Below, in pieces: positions 39,182-49,200 of a stretch of DNA of 64,000 nucleotides; positions within the stretch are counted from its first letter, which is position 1; every line of letters starts with the position of its first letter. Location of the stretch: the NCBI RefSeq assembly GCF_964204645.1, contig NC_134026.1, positions 27,748,150 to 27,812,149 on the forward strand. Direction: 5' to 3'. The translations under genes and the position numbers were made by a program. This DNA is from Tubulanus polymorphus (lineage: Eukaryota; Animalia; Nemertea). The notes under the pieces are model-generated. The model searched no databases. It was not told the DNA's origin and saw only the letters and a list, made by a program, of their open reading frames with translations.

Positions 39182-39515
39182 TTCAAATGTCAATACGAAC
39201 TGTAACATTGACTGAATAATCAGCGACTTCAGGCCAGGCTGATATTAAGTGTTGGAGTGTTCTCCTTTCCTTACCTTCTTCAAATGTCAAAACGACATGC
39301 GATATTGATTGAATTGTCAGTGACTTCAGGCCAAGCTGATATTGAGTCTTGGAGTGTTCTCCTTCCCTTACCTTCTTCAAATGTCAAGACAACATGTGAT
39401 ATTGACTGAATTGTCAGTGACTCCAGGCCAAGCTGATATTGAGTCTTGGAGTGTTCTCCTTCCCTTACCTTCTTCAAATGTCAAGACGACATGCAGTATT
39501 GACTGAATTGTCTTG
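39182..39515. repeat. 97-bp tandem repeat related to satellite unit A
   Basis: Period 97 (39182, 39279, 39376, 39473). Shares GATATTGAGT...GGAGT..TCTCCTTCC..CTTCTTCAA.TGTCA...ACTGAATTGTCAGTG with unit A; further copies at ~38710 and ~30995. Confidence 0.88.
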
Positions 39516-39629
39516 GAGTTCCTCCTACCCTTATCTTCCTCAAAATGTCAAAAAGAAGTGTGACATGGACTGAATTGTCAGTGACTTACATCACTGATTG
39601 CTGCTGACACTCTAAGCCTATTGATTGTG

Positions 39630-40215
39630 GTGATATTCACGTTCAAGATTGCTGACTGGCAGCAATATTGAATTGTAACACTGTTTGTGTCATACAGGGT
39701 ACAATTTTTCATAGAGTATTCGTTTTCTCATCCACGTAACCTGTATGATATATTTTTCAAGAAGCTTATTGTTTTTGGTTCAAGATTGCTGATAGGCAGC
39801 CATATTGGATCCAAAAATTCACCATTCCCATTCTACAGGCTGCAACTTAAAAGTAAAGTATTCAATTTCACGTATTACATGTTTGGTGTATAGCTCCAGA
39901 ACCCTATTGATTTTGGTGGTATTCGCAGGCAAGATTGCTGACTGGTGGCCATATTGAATTGCAATGCTGCTTCTCTCATACATGGTAAAATTTGTAGTAG
40001 ATTATTCATTTTCACTTATAATGTCTTTGTTATATAGCTCGATGAGTCTATTTATTTTGGTGGTATTTTGGGTCAAGATTGCTGACTGGTGGCCATATTA
40101 GATTGTAACGCTGTTTCTGCCGGTTAGATTTGTGAAGTAGATTTTCACATACTGGGTATATAGTTTGAGAATCAATTAATTTTGGTGATATACGTGTTGA
40201 AGATTGCTCCTTAGA
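39630..40215. repeat. Degenerate repeats with CAAGATTGCTGACTGGTGGCCATATTG core (non-autonomous transposon remnant)
   Basis: Core recurs at ~39644, 39781, 39930, 40074, 40199; a related CAAGATGGCGGACTGGTAGCCAT is at ~26622. Confidence 0.6.
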
Positions 40216-40859
40216 TTGTCAAGTACAATTGTGGCATAAAAAACAATGAATGTTCAGTGACTTACAGCACTAGCACTGATTATTACTCCACGTTAGTGAG
40301 TGATAAAAATATCAGGGTCTAAAACTTTGATAAGGTAAATAAGTTTGACAGTGTAAAAAACCGTTAGCATTCTTATTGCTTTAAACATCTCAGAAAGATG
40401 GTTAATCATCATAAACACTTGCAAAAACAATTGACGTCTCACTTTGCACTTGATGTCCCACTTTGCACTCGACGTCCCGCTTTGCACTTGCACCGTTGCA
40501 TCACTTGCACAAAACAGCACTGGCACACCCGCGGATCCATGCGCATGGTAAACAAATTGATCAGCATGCAGCATGCCATCTTTGTGTGTGGAAATAATTT
40601 ACAAACAGCTGTGAGTTTAAAATTAAAGAAGGTATTTTTGTGTCATTTCTTGTACAATATCCAACAACGATGATGTAAAGAAAAACATAATGTCAATTTT
40701 ATTAAGTTGAAAAAATGAAAAGTGTTGCATAGTTAAATATTAATGAGTAAAATGAGAGAAAAGAGGAAGAAGAAAGTCCCAGAAAGAGAAGCGTTGAACT
40801 GGTGTCTGTTGTCAGCAGAGATCGTAGGAAATCTCCACCCCTCAAACAGAAAGTTCAAG

Positions 40860-41720
40860 ATGATACCGAAAGTGTGTGAGGTTCTGAGAAATTTCGCTAA
40901 GTCAAGACTATAAATCAGGTAAAATATATATTGCTATAAATTGTTTTGTAGATAATAATGTTTCAACTAGGACGGTAAGTTAGTTATAACATGTAATTGC
41001 ATGTTATCTTATTGTAGTGTGTATTGATTTGGTCGTCAAGTACAAAATACCAAAGGATTGATGGGAACCGCCATTCGGGATTGTTCCAGTTGTGCAGAGC
41101 AGTATTTAAGGTGCCATGAGTCTGAATTGACTATAAATCAGGTAAAATTGAAATTTCTTTTTTTAAGAATTATTCAATTTTTGTGTACATTGTAGTTTTG
41201 AGCTTGTGGTTGGCTGTACAATATCAGATGACAGGAAGATCAATGAAGCTGGTTACTTTTATTCTATGTATTTCTGTTGTAGCCAGTGGTTTGTCTGTTC
41301 GTTGGTTGTTGGTAGAGAGGAAAGGAACACATCGGAGTTCACGAAGCGTTCAGCAAATTTCTCAAGGTCCAAGTCATGAGTCTGATTTGACTATAAATCA
41401 GGTATAATTAAACCCGATATGAATTTCATGGTAGGAACAGCAGACTCAATGAAGCTGGTTACTTTTATTTCATGTATTTCTGTTGTAGCCAGTGGTCTGT
41501 CTGTTTGTTGTGGTCGTTGTTGGTAAAGACATGTAATACTAGAGGAAAGGGAAACATCAAAGTTCTGGAAGTGTTGAGTGAATTTCTCCAGGTCGATGTC
41601 GTGACTCTGAATTGACTATTAATCAGGTATAGTTGAAAATTATCTTTGGAGAAGAGTCTTAAAAATGATATCATTATTCATATTTTGTGTTTTGTCATTG
41701 TAGTATTGAGCTTGTGGAAA
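40860..41720 (+). other. Series of duplicated exon-like modules (candidate multi-exon lncRNA)
   Basis: Four modules end GACTATAAATCAG/GTA (donors at 40919, 41142, 41402, 41627), with TTGTAG acceptors giving exons 41018-41141, 41283-41401, 41489-41626, 41704-. Introns are 77-141 bp. No coherent long ORF. Confidence 0.45.
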
Positions 41721-41730
41721 AGATCAGATT

Positions 41731-42105
41731 AGAGATGCCAACCAATTTCTCCGTCAATTCGGGACTTTTAGTGATTGTTACCCACGGGTTAGCGCAGTTC
41801 CGTAGATGCCGACCAATTTCTCCATCAATTCGGGATTTCAGTGATTGTTACCACGAGTGAGCGCAGTTCCGTAGATGCCGACCAATTTCTCTGTCAAATT
41901 GGGACTTTCAGTGTTTGTTACCGCTAGTTAGCGTAGTTCCAGAGATGCCAACCAATTTCTCCGTCAAATTGGGACTTTCAGTGTTTGTTACCGCGAGTTA
42001 TCATAGTTCCAGAAATGCCGAACAATTTCTCCGTCAAATCAGGACTTTCAGTTTTTGTTACTGCGAGTTAGCCTAGTTCCAGAGATGCCAACCAATTTCT
42101 CCGAG
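41731..42105. repeat. 70-bp tandem repeat, ~5.3 copies
   Basis: Unit AGAGATGCCAACCAATTTCTCCGTCAAATTGGGACTTTCAGTGTTTGTTACCGCGAGTTAGCGTAGTTCC; period 69-71. Confidence 0.92.
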
Positions 42106-42682
42106 GCTGATAGCTTCAAGTATAGGTTGAATATAAATACACATTGTACATCTATTGGAAAATAGATATGAACTGATGGTTTGATTGGCTGGTTTGTTGT
42201 TGAATCTGATTGTGGGTTATTTATTACTGATTTGCTGCGACTTAACGTTTTAATTGCATACATTTCAAAGGGCTTCTCTTGTTTTTGTTGTGCTGGTTAA
42301 ATTATTTTGTAAATGATAATTGAGGATGTCAAACTTTGGTTTAGCGTTTTGTTACAGTGAATGCACTGTATATGTGGAGAGTATGTACATGTGACTTTGC
42401 GTTTGTTTTTGTAAATACATTTATTTCTTTAAAATGATTGTTTTTGTGTTGCATCTCATTCTGAGGATGTTAAACTCTTAAGTCAAGATACTCAGTTTGC
42501 TCATGACTTGTTTGATTATTATATTGATGAATACATTGATTTTATGGTGTTTGATTATCTGTTGAACTATTGTTTATCAATACCATTTGAACTACTAACC
42601 ACTAGTTGTTTTAACATCAGTATCATTAGTGGTCAGTTGTTCCCTACAAATCGTATGTGTTATTTTTTCTTTATATAATGTA

Positions 42683-42860
42683 CGGTGGACTCTGTTAACT
42701 AGAATCACTTCAAGTCCAGTCACTTTATCTTGGAGTAATGATTCTCCAAGCTTACATCAACTTGGACATAAAGACATTGAACTATTGCATTGAAATTCTT
42801 TTATCTGCAGGCGACAGTTATCACCTTGTCTTAATTGATTCGAGTTAGTCAAGTCTATTG
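42683..42860. mobile_element. Degenerate Tc1/mariner-type MITE
   Basis: TA-CGGTGGACTCTGTTAACTAGAATCA at left versus the right-end reverse complement TA-CAATAGACTTGACTAACTCGAATCA; TA on both flanks. Confidence 0.5.
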
Positions 42861-43120
42861 TACATGGATTCTTTTTTCTCTGGAAGTGAATTAAATGAAA
42901 CGAGACGACAGTTGAACCTCATTAATACGATTGTGTTTAGGACGAAAACCGTTTATTACGATCAGATTTCCAGCATGTCCCGGTTAATTTACATCGATCC
43001 ATATTTTGATAATACGACAATTTCACTTTCAACCATAAGATTTGTATTTAACTAAGGATCCAATGTAAAATGAGGACTTCAAACCATTCTGATGTGGAGA
43101 CTTTCTTTTATTAAAGTTAT

Positions 43121-43388
43121 CAGTCTGATTACTCATAAATTATGCATGTATCAATCTGCCGCAGCTTGGCACTACCCTATCTGCTGAGGATACTCCAGTA
43201 CCCACCCATACCCTTCAGATACTCGTTTAGACTTTAGACCTTCTACATAATCTGAAGTACTGGCTCTTCCAAAACACAGCTTGAACCCTCCACTCACCCC
43301 CTTTCAGATAGAATGTCTGGGGTCCAGGCAACAGATCGACACCTTTCTCTTGGCTTTGAGTAATCAGACTGATCTTGTCTGATTACTC
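43121..43388. mobile_element. Small element with CAGTCTGATTACTCA inverted ends plus an adjacent 12-bp hairpin
   Basis: CAGTCTGATTACTCA at 43121; TGAGTAATCAGACTG at 43357-43371; a third copy GTCTGATTACTC at 43377-43388 forms a perfect hairpin with the second. Confidence 0.45.
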
Positions 43389-43916
43389 TTAAGGTCTCAG
43401 AGACTTTCATTTATTTGACTATTTATGCAGCTATCAACCGGCATTTTGGACACTGATTCCCTGCCATTAATGGAATAATTAATTTAACTGAAAAATAACT
43501 GTGTCAGATACGAACTCCATCGATAGTTGCTCGAGCTGTTTCTGATAGGCCCTGATGCTGAAATAGACGATCAGCCGGGGTGTCCCAGTATTTATTTAGA
43601 GTGGTCCTGATGCAGACAAAAAGGACATGTAAGAGTGTTCTGGGTTCGAACGTAGATACCACTTATACTGGGAATGGTCCTAATGTTGATTTGAAGTTAA
43701 ATAGGACTGTACGATACAATTACATGTATACATATAACTATTATCGCCACCTATTGGAATTTCGATAAACTATCAAATAGCTAGAATTAACCGTTGTAAA
43801 TATTTGTGGTGTACCACATTTCACAAGCGCCATCTATCGGAATATGGAATAAAATGTCTACAAACGTAGTGGAGTGGCGGGTTCGAACCCATTGCATTGA
43901 TTCGGAGGGCCGAATC

Positions 43917-44188
43917 CAGCGACGGATCCAGGGGGGCACCCCCTAAAGTCCTCCCTAATTTTTTATGGACTGACGGCATGTGAAAAATCCCTGAAAATGC
44001 GTAAACTTATGTCTTCGTTTACCAGCGCTTTTTTACGGCAGTCCTACGTCGTTCATGTTGTTTCATACTCTGATTGTGCCCAGAACGCGTCTACGCGCGT
44101 CTAATTTTGAAAAATTCTCTGGGGGAGGACCCCCCAGATCCCTATTTGAATTTGTGCACCCCTCCATGAAATCCTGGATCCGCCGCTG
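43917..44188. mobile_element. MITE with CAGCG(A/G)CGGATCCAGG TIRs inserted in a tRNA-Arg-derived sequence
   Basis: TIRs CAGCGACGGATCCAGG / CCTGGATCCGCCGCTG. Flanks GAATC / GACTC. Removing the MITE restores minus-strand GATAAGAGTCGGCCCTCCGAATCAATGCAATGGGTTCGAACCC (tRNA-Arg(CCG)-like). Confidence 0.75.
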
Positions 44189-45040
44189 GACTCTTATCAT
44201 CACAGCCGGATTGATATCTAAATAATCCGGGAATTTGATCAGACGGTGGCCTAGCTAAGTCAGTTTTGGTGGAACGAACATACCTGATAAAAGTCTTATT
44301 AGAACCAGAAAGCACAGGCAGTTGAACAAAACATCGTTTTTTAATCCATTCTTCCCTTTATTGCAAAAGACGGTGCGGGTGAGCTGAATCAAACTCTATG
44401 TAATAATAAGGCTTCAAGAAGAAAAATAAAAAATGTTTTGTTTCGTGTTTTATGTTTTATTTTTCTGAAATCTCTAATGATAAGTTATCAGTTGGTTCAT
44501 GATACTGAAATAGGACAGGGTCTTGAATTTTCTTAAGCAGATTTGAAGCTAGAGTTTCACGTATCATAGTAAATTGAAGACGAATTGAAGAACTGATCTA
44601 TTTTATGGAGTTCAACTGTGTTAAACTGGCATCTAATAACACGTCTTTTTTCATCCTTCAGTTTGATGACTGGATCCCAGGCTCCATATAATTAGATTAC
44701 ATAGCCTACTAGTTGTATTCATCATTATAAGTCTTGCAAGAAAATAAACATTTTCTTCGTAAGTAAATAATTCATTTTGTTTATTTACATACCAAAATAA
44801 TTAATTTAGTGGATATTCCTTGTTGAATAATGTTGAACAAAGAATCATCAAAAGATGATAACGGAGGTAAAGATTGCGTCAATTTATTTATGATTATGCA
44901 ATTTGGCGCACAGAATTGGTTAAATAAAGTCTTTGTATTTGAATTTGTTCCCCTCATCATGCACGCACGTGGTTATGTTATTATTTATGTATGACGTCAT
45001 CGACAAACTCGTCTTGGAACTAATGACAACCGTCCGCTAG

Positions 45041-45575
45041 CGCCATCTCATTGGGCATCGGGACCGGACCAAGTTGTGCGGACAATTTGGACTAGGGGCG
45101 TGGCTAGCGGCCGGGGCGCGGGGACAAACGAAGCCCGTGGGTGCTGTTTCGAAATCCGTATTGCGCCGTCATCACATTCGAGATGATATTATATCCTCTT
45201 CTCGAATTGCTCTCGACCAGTATTGCGTAATAGCTCTCTAGGTTCACCGACCCCCCACCCGCGTGGGACACCGCGACTGGGCCCTGGCGATGGCGGGCCC
45301 ACCGCGCCGGGAGCCTCACCTTCATCGATCCCTGGCACGAGTCAGCATCCTGGAGTAGTGTCACTATCCCCTCCCTAGGCATAGCACACAAATTCAGGCG
45401 TGGCGGCCCGGCCCCCCAGTGTTGCTGGAGACTCGGGCGCCGCATATACTCTCCGTTCCGGACGGGTCTTTTGATATTTTCTGCTGATTAAAATCACACA
45501 TTTTTCTGTGAAAGACACGCCTTTATAGCCAAAGAATAGTACCCCAGTCGAGCCCGGTGGCTCCTCGACTAGTTG
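45041..45575. other. GC-rich, hairpin-dense island of unknown identity
   Basis: Sharp GC rise in AT-rich context; stems CCAAGTTGT-GCGG-ACAATTTGG, TTCGAGA...TCTCGAA, CCCAC-CCGC-GTGGG, TGGGCCC...GGGCCCA, AGTCGAG...CTCGACT. Confidence 0.4.
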
Positions 45576-45654
45576 AGTGGCAGAAGCCATATTCGCTTCT
45601 CCGGGCAGGTCGATAACTGCAGAAGATTAAATTCGCCAAGGGCAGGTCGCTATT

Positions 45655-46121
45655 CAGGGGCGGATCTAGGGTTTAATTAAGGAGGGGGAGCAGGTAAAGT
45701 TAGGGCAAAATTTGATGGGCACTTTATGAGCGTCACACCGGAGGTCTGGACACATACCGCACCGCAGGTGCGAAGCCCTTGCCGGGTGTCTGGGGGACTC
45801 TCCCCCAGAAAATTTTCTAAATTTGATGCAATTTTAGAGCTATCTGGGCTTTTCTGGTGGCACCTGGGAGCCTTTGCGAATCCTGTATCCTAGACATAAA
45901 TAGCCAAAGATAAGAGTCGAAAACGGGAAGAGTGGTCTAGCCCCAGCCCTCCATGAAAGTCACCGGAAAACATCAACTATATTTTTGAAACAGCCAATTA
46001 CGGATGGTTTAGTTTTATAACAAATTTTACTTCAATAAAAAAAAATTATGAAAATTTTTTTAGGGGACCTTGAAATTTTGAGGGGGGAGCGCTCCCCCTG
46101 TTCCCCTTGAATCCGCCCCTG
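45655..46121. mobile_element. MITE with CAGGGGCGGAT TIRs interrupting a ~38-bp tandem repeat
   Basis: CAGGGGCGGATCTAGGG ... CCCTTGAATCCGCCCCTG; flanks CTATT / CTATC. The host repeat GCAGAAGCTAAATTCGCC...GGTCGCTAT continues on both sides. Confidence 0.8.
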
Positions 46122-46269
46122 CTATCTGCAGAAGCTAAATTCGCCTCTCAGGGAGGTCGCTATTTGCAGAAGCTAAATTAGCCTAAATGAGAAGTTAAAG
46201 CGAATTACTCTCAATAGAAAACTGTGCGTCAAATTTCAGAGAATTGATTTTCACTTATGTCTCTTAGGG

Positions 46270-49200
46270 TGTCGTGAAAGGTTCGATTCGACCAGAGGGG
46301 ACAGATCCGAGAGAAAGAAGCAACACGTCTGGTTACTACGAAACCTTGGAAGTGACTGATTTTATTTCACATAGATGGAGAATAAACATAAACAAGATGT
46401 CATCCACAGTAAATATATAAACACAAACCAGATGAGCGGCTTAGTAACCGAACTTTCGAAACACTCCCGGCGGCGGGAAGAAAAAATAGGATGTATAATG
46501 CCTATGTGCTATTAGGAATACCTATGAGGTTAATAAGCCTACGTAAAAAATGAGAAATTAATCAATTTCCAATTTCATATCAGAATCACTAAATCTTCGA
46601 TACATTAAGTTTGCATTACTCTGATTAGGCTGAACCTGTGCATTAGTCGACCAGTTTGTCACACCAGTTTTTTATTTTATTTCTAGCGTTCAATGCTGCA
46701 TTTCGTTTTATTTTCATTGGGGGTTGAATATTACTAATTAGTGGCGATGATTCATCATTCATTTTCTCACCACTATCAGAATTGATTTCTAAGGGGTATA
46801 ATTTCTTAAGAGGTCTATTCGTAATTCCGTTTTTAGTACGAATTACCGCGGATCTCACAAGACCGTCGTTGCCCTTGTTCAGACCTTCAATGATAGCGAG
46901 TTGCCAAAAGATTCTCTTTTTTGAGTCATCATGAACGATCACTATATCGCCTATTTTGACATGATTTTCCGTAATTCCACCCCGCTTTAGCGTCTGACAG
47001 TGGTTTTCCCTTAAGGTTGGCAAATATTCATTTCGCCACCGTATCCAGTAATCTTGGAAAAGACTGTCTAAGTATTTCATGCGTTTGTTCGCGTCGGAGA
47101 AACCGATGGGCGGTAAGTTAAAATTCGGATCAATTAGTTCGTTTTCTTCAACTACCGGTTGAGGTAACAGAGTAATCATTCTCCCACAAATTAAATGTGA
47201 TGGAGTTAAGGGAATGATCTCATCGTCATCATTTGTCATGTACGTTAAGGGACGATCGTCTATTGTAGCCTCTATTTCAATAATTAGAGTCGACAATTCG
47301 TCCAAGGTAATACACGCTCGACCAACTACTTTTTTCAAAGTGTATTTCGTTATACCGACTAATCTTTCATAAAATCCGCCAAACCATGGCGCGCGTTTCG
47401 GTATAAATGTCCAAGTGACAAGTTTGTTAGACAGAAAGTTTCTGACTTTTGTTGATTTGAATATTTCTTTGATATCGTTTTCTGCAGACAAAAATGTTGA
47501 ACCATTATCAGAGATCAATTGACTTGGCAACGACCTCCTGCTGGCAAATCTGCGAAATGCTCTCATAAAGGAAGCAGGCGTCAGATCAGTGACTATTTCC
47601 AGATGTATTGCCCTGGAAACGGCGCATGTAAATAGACATATGTATGCCTTGTTCTGTTTTGAGTGTTTCGTGCGATAATATAAATGGCCAGTGAAATCAA
47701 CGCCTGTGATGGTAAAGGGTGGAGCTTCTTTTAGTCTACAGGCAGGTAACGGAGGCGTGATTGGCGCACGATATGATTTACCATCATGTCTAATGCAAAC
47801 TGAGCATTTTCTAATAATTGGGCTAACTATTTTCCTAATTCTTGGTATCCAATATGATTGACGTATGTAACACAAAGTTGATTGTAACCCACTGTGTAGA
47901 ACCATTTTATGGGCGTCACTAATTACTAATTTTGTGTATGGGTGCTTCGATGGCAATAATATTGGGTACTTAGCGTTGTAGTTAAGATTCGCGTTTTGAA
48001 AACGACCGCCACATCTAATTAAACCCTCTTTATCAGTGAATAGGTTTAATTGTTTAGTCAATTGGGTACTTCGTCCCCCTTTCTGAATACATTTAATTTC
48101 ATTTGAAAATTCGTCATCTTGCAAAGAGCGAACCCACGTAGTACGAGCCAAACGTATTTCTGGCACGGTAATATGATTATGTCTAGGTTGACATGTCTTC
48201 TTCATAATAGAAATAAAGCGTAGTACACATGCTGTGACTCGAAGTAATTTATTCAGCGAATTGAATTGCTCGACATCTATTACTTTTTGTATTCCAGACG
48301 GTTCTGATGGAGTTGCGGTGGTTGATAGAACTGAGATAGAATTAGTACTAGCTAATTCTGCACACTGTTGAGAGTGCGATTCAGAATTATTTACTGAACA
48401 AAATAGTACAGTTGAATTATTCAATCGATCAATTGGCCAATCGCCATTAGGCAGCCAAGTTGGTCCAAACCACCATAATCTACTATTATCCAAGTCTTGG
48501 GTATTGATGCCCCGAGTCAAGAGATCAGCAGGGTTGTCCTTTGTAGGACAATAATTGATTATGTCAAATTTGACAGACCGAATTTCACGGACTCTGTTTT
48601 CGACGAATGTGGGTAATTTCTTCTCACTCCGAATCCAATGTATTGTGATCTGACTATCGGACCAAAGAACACATTTTGTTAAACTTAAATTTGACTTGTC
48701 GAATGCATCACGGATAAATTTCGCGAGCCGTGCAGCGATCAGTGCTGCCAATAATTCAAGTCTAGGGATAGTAACCTCTTTTAATGGTTTAACCCGTGAT
48801 TTTGCCATGATGATTGAAGTCGATTTGTCAGTTTTCAGATAAGCTACAGCCCCATAAGCATTGGGACTGGCATCAGCAAAAATGTGTAGTTCACATTCAC
48901 TAGTCGGTTGACCAAAATATGGTCTTTGTATAGCTGTATGTTGACAGGCGTATAACTGCTGATGTATTTCAAACCAGAGTGATGATAATTCATCAGATAA
49001 GGGTTCATCCCAAGTTTGTTTAGATTGCCACAATTTCTGGATAAACATTTTAGCTTGAATATGCACAGGCGAGAGGAGACCAAGGGGGTCAAATAGTGAC
49101 GCTGTTACGCTCACAACTTCCCGCTTAGATACCACAGACTGAGTGCACATAGCTGGGTCTTTTATGGCCTTTGAAAACTGAAGAGTATCACTAATCGTAT

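Larger units (their letters stand above)
11542..45031. mobile_element. Giant (33,490 bp) non-autonomous TIR DNA transposon with 9-bp TSD (Mutator/MULE- or Merlin-like)
   Basis: Left TIR 11542-11607 GGTTGTCATTCTTCCAAGACGAGTTTGTCGATGACGTCATATATAAATAATAACAAACACGTGCGT matches the reverse complement of 44963-45031 with a few substitutions and indels. Exact direct repeat GTCCGCTAG at 11533-11541 and 45032-45040. No transposase ORF seen inside. Confidence 0.82.

Noticed and set aside
12197-40302. CACTCACT (12197) and AGTGAGTG (~40295) as ends of a nested CACTA-like element
   Set aside because: Only ~8 bp of inverted match and no target-site duplication; compatible with chance.
11542-45031. Polinton/Maverick, Helitron or endogenous virus as the identity of the giant element
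   Set aside because: No polB, integrase, capsid or Rep/helicase ORFs were seen. Polintons have 6-bp TSDs with AG...CT ends, and Helitrons have no TSD.
45104-45590. ORFs in the GC island, and its identity as 7SK, RNase P/MRP or telomerase RNA
   Set aside because: ORFs are expected by chance at high GC. I found no CTAACCCT template, no paired GATC motifs of 7SK, and no P4 partner for the ACAAATTCAG segment.
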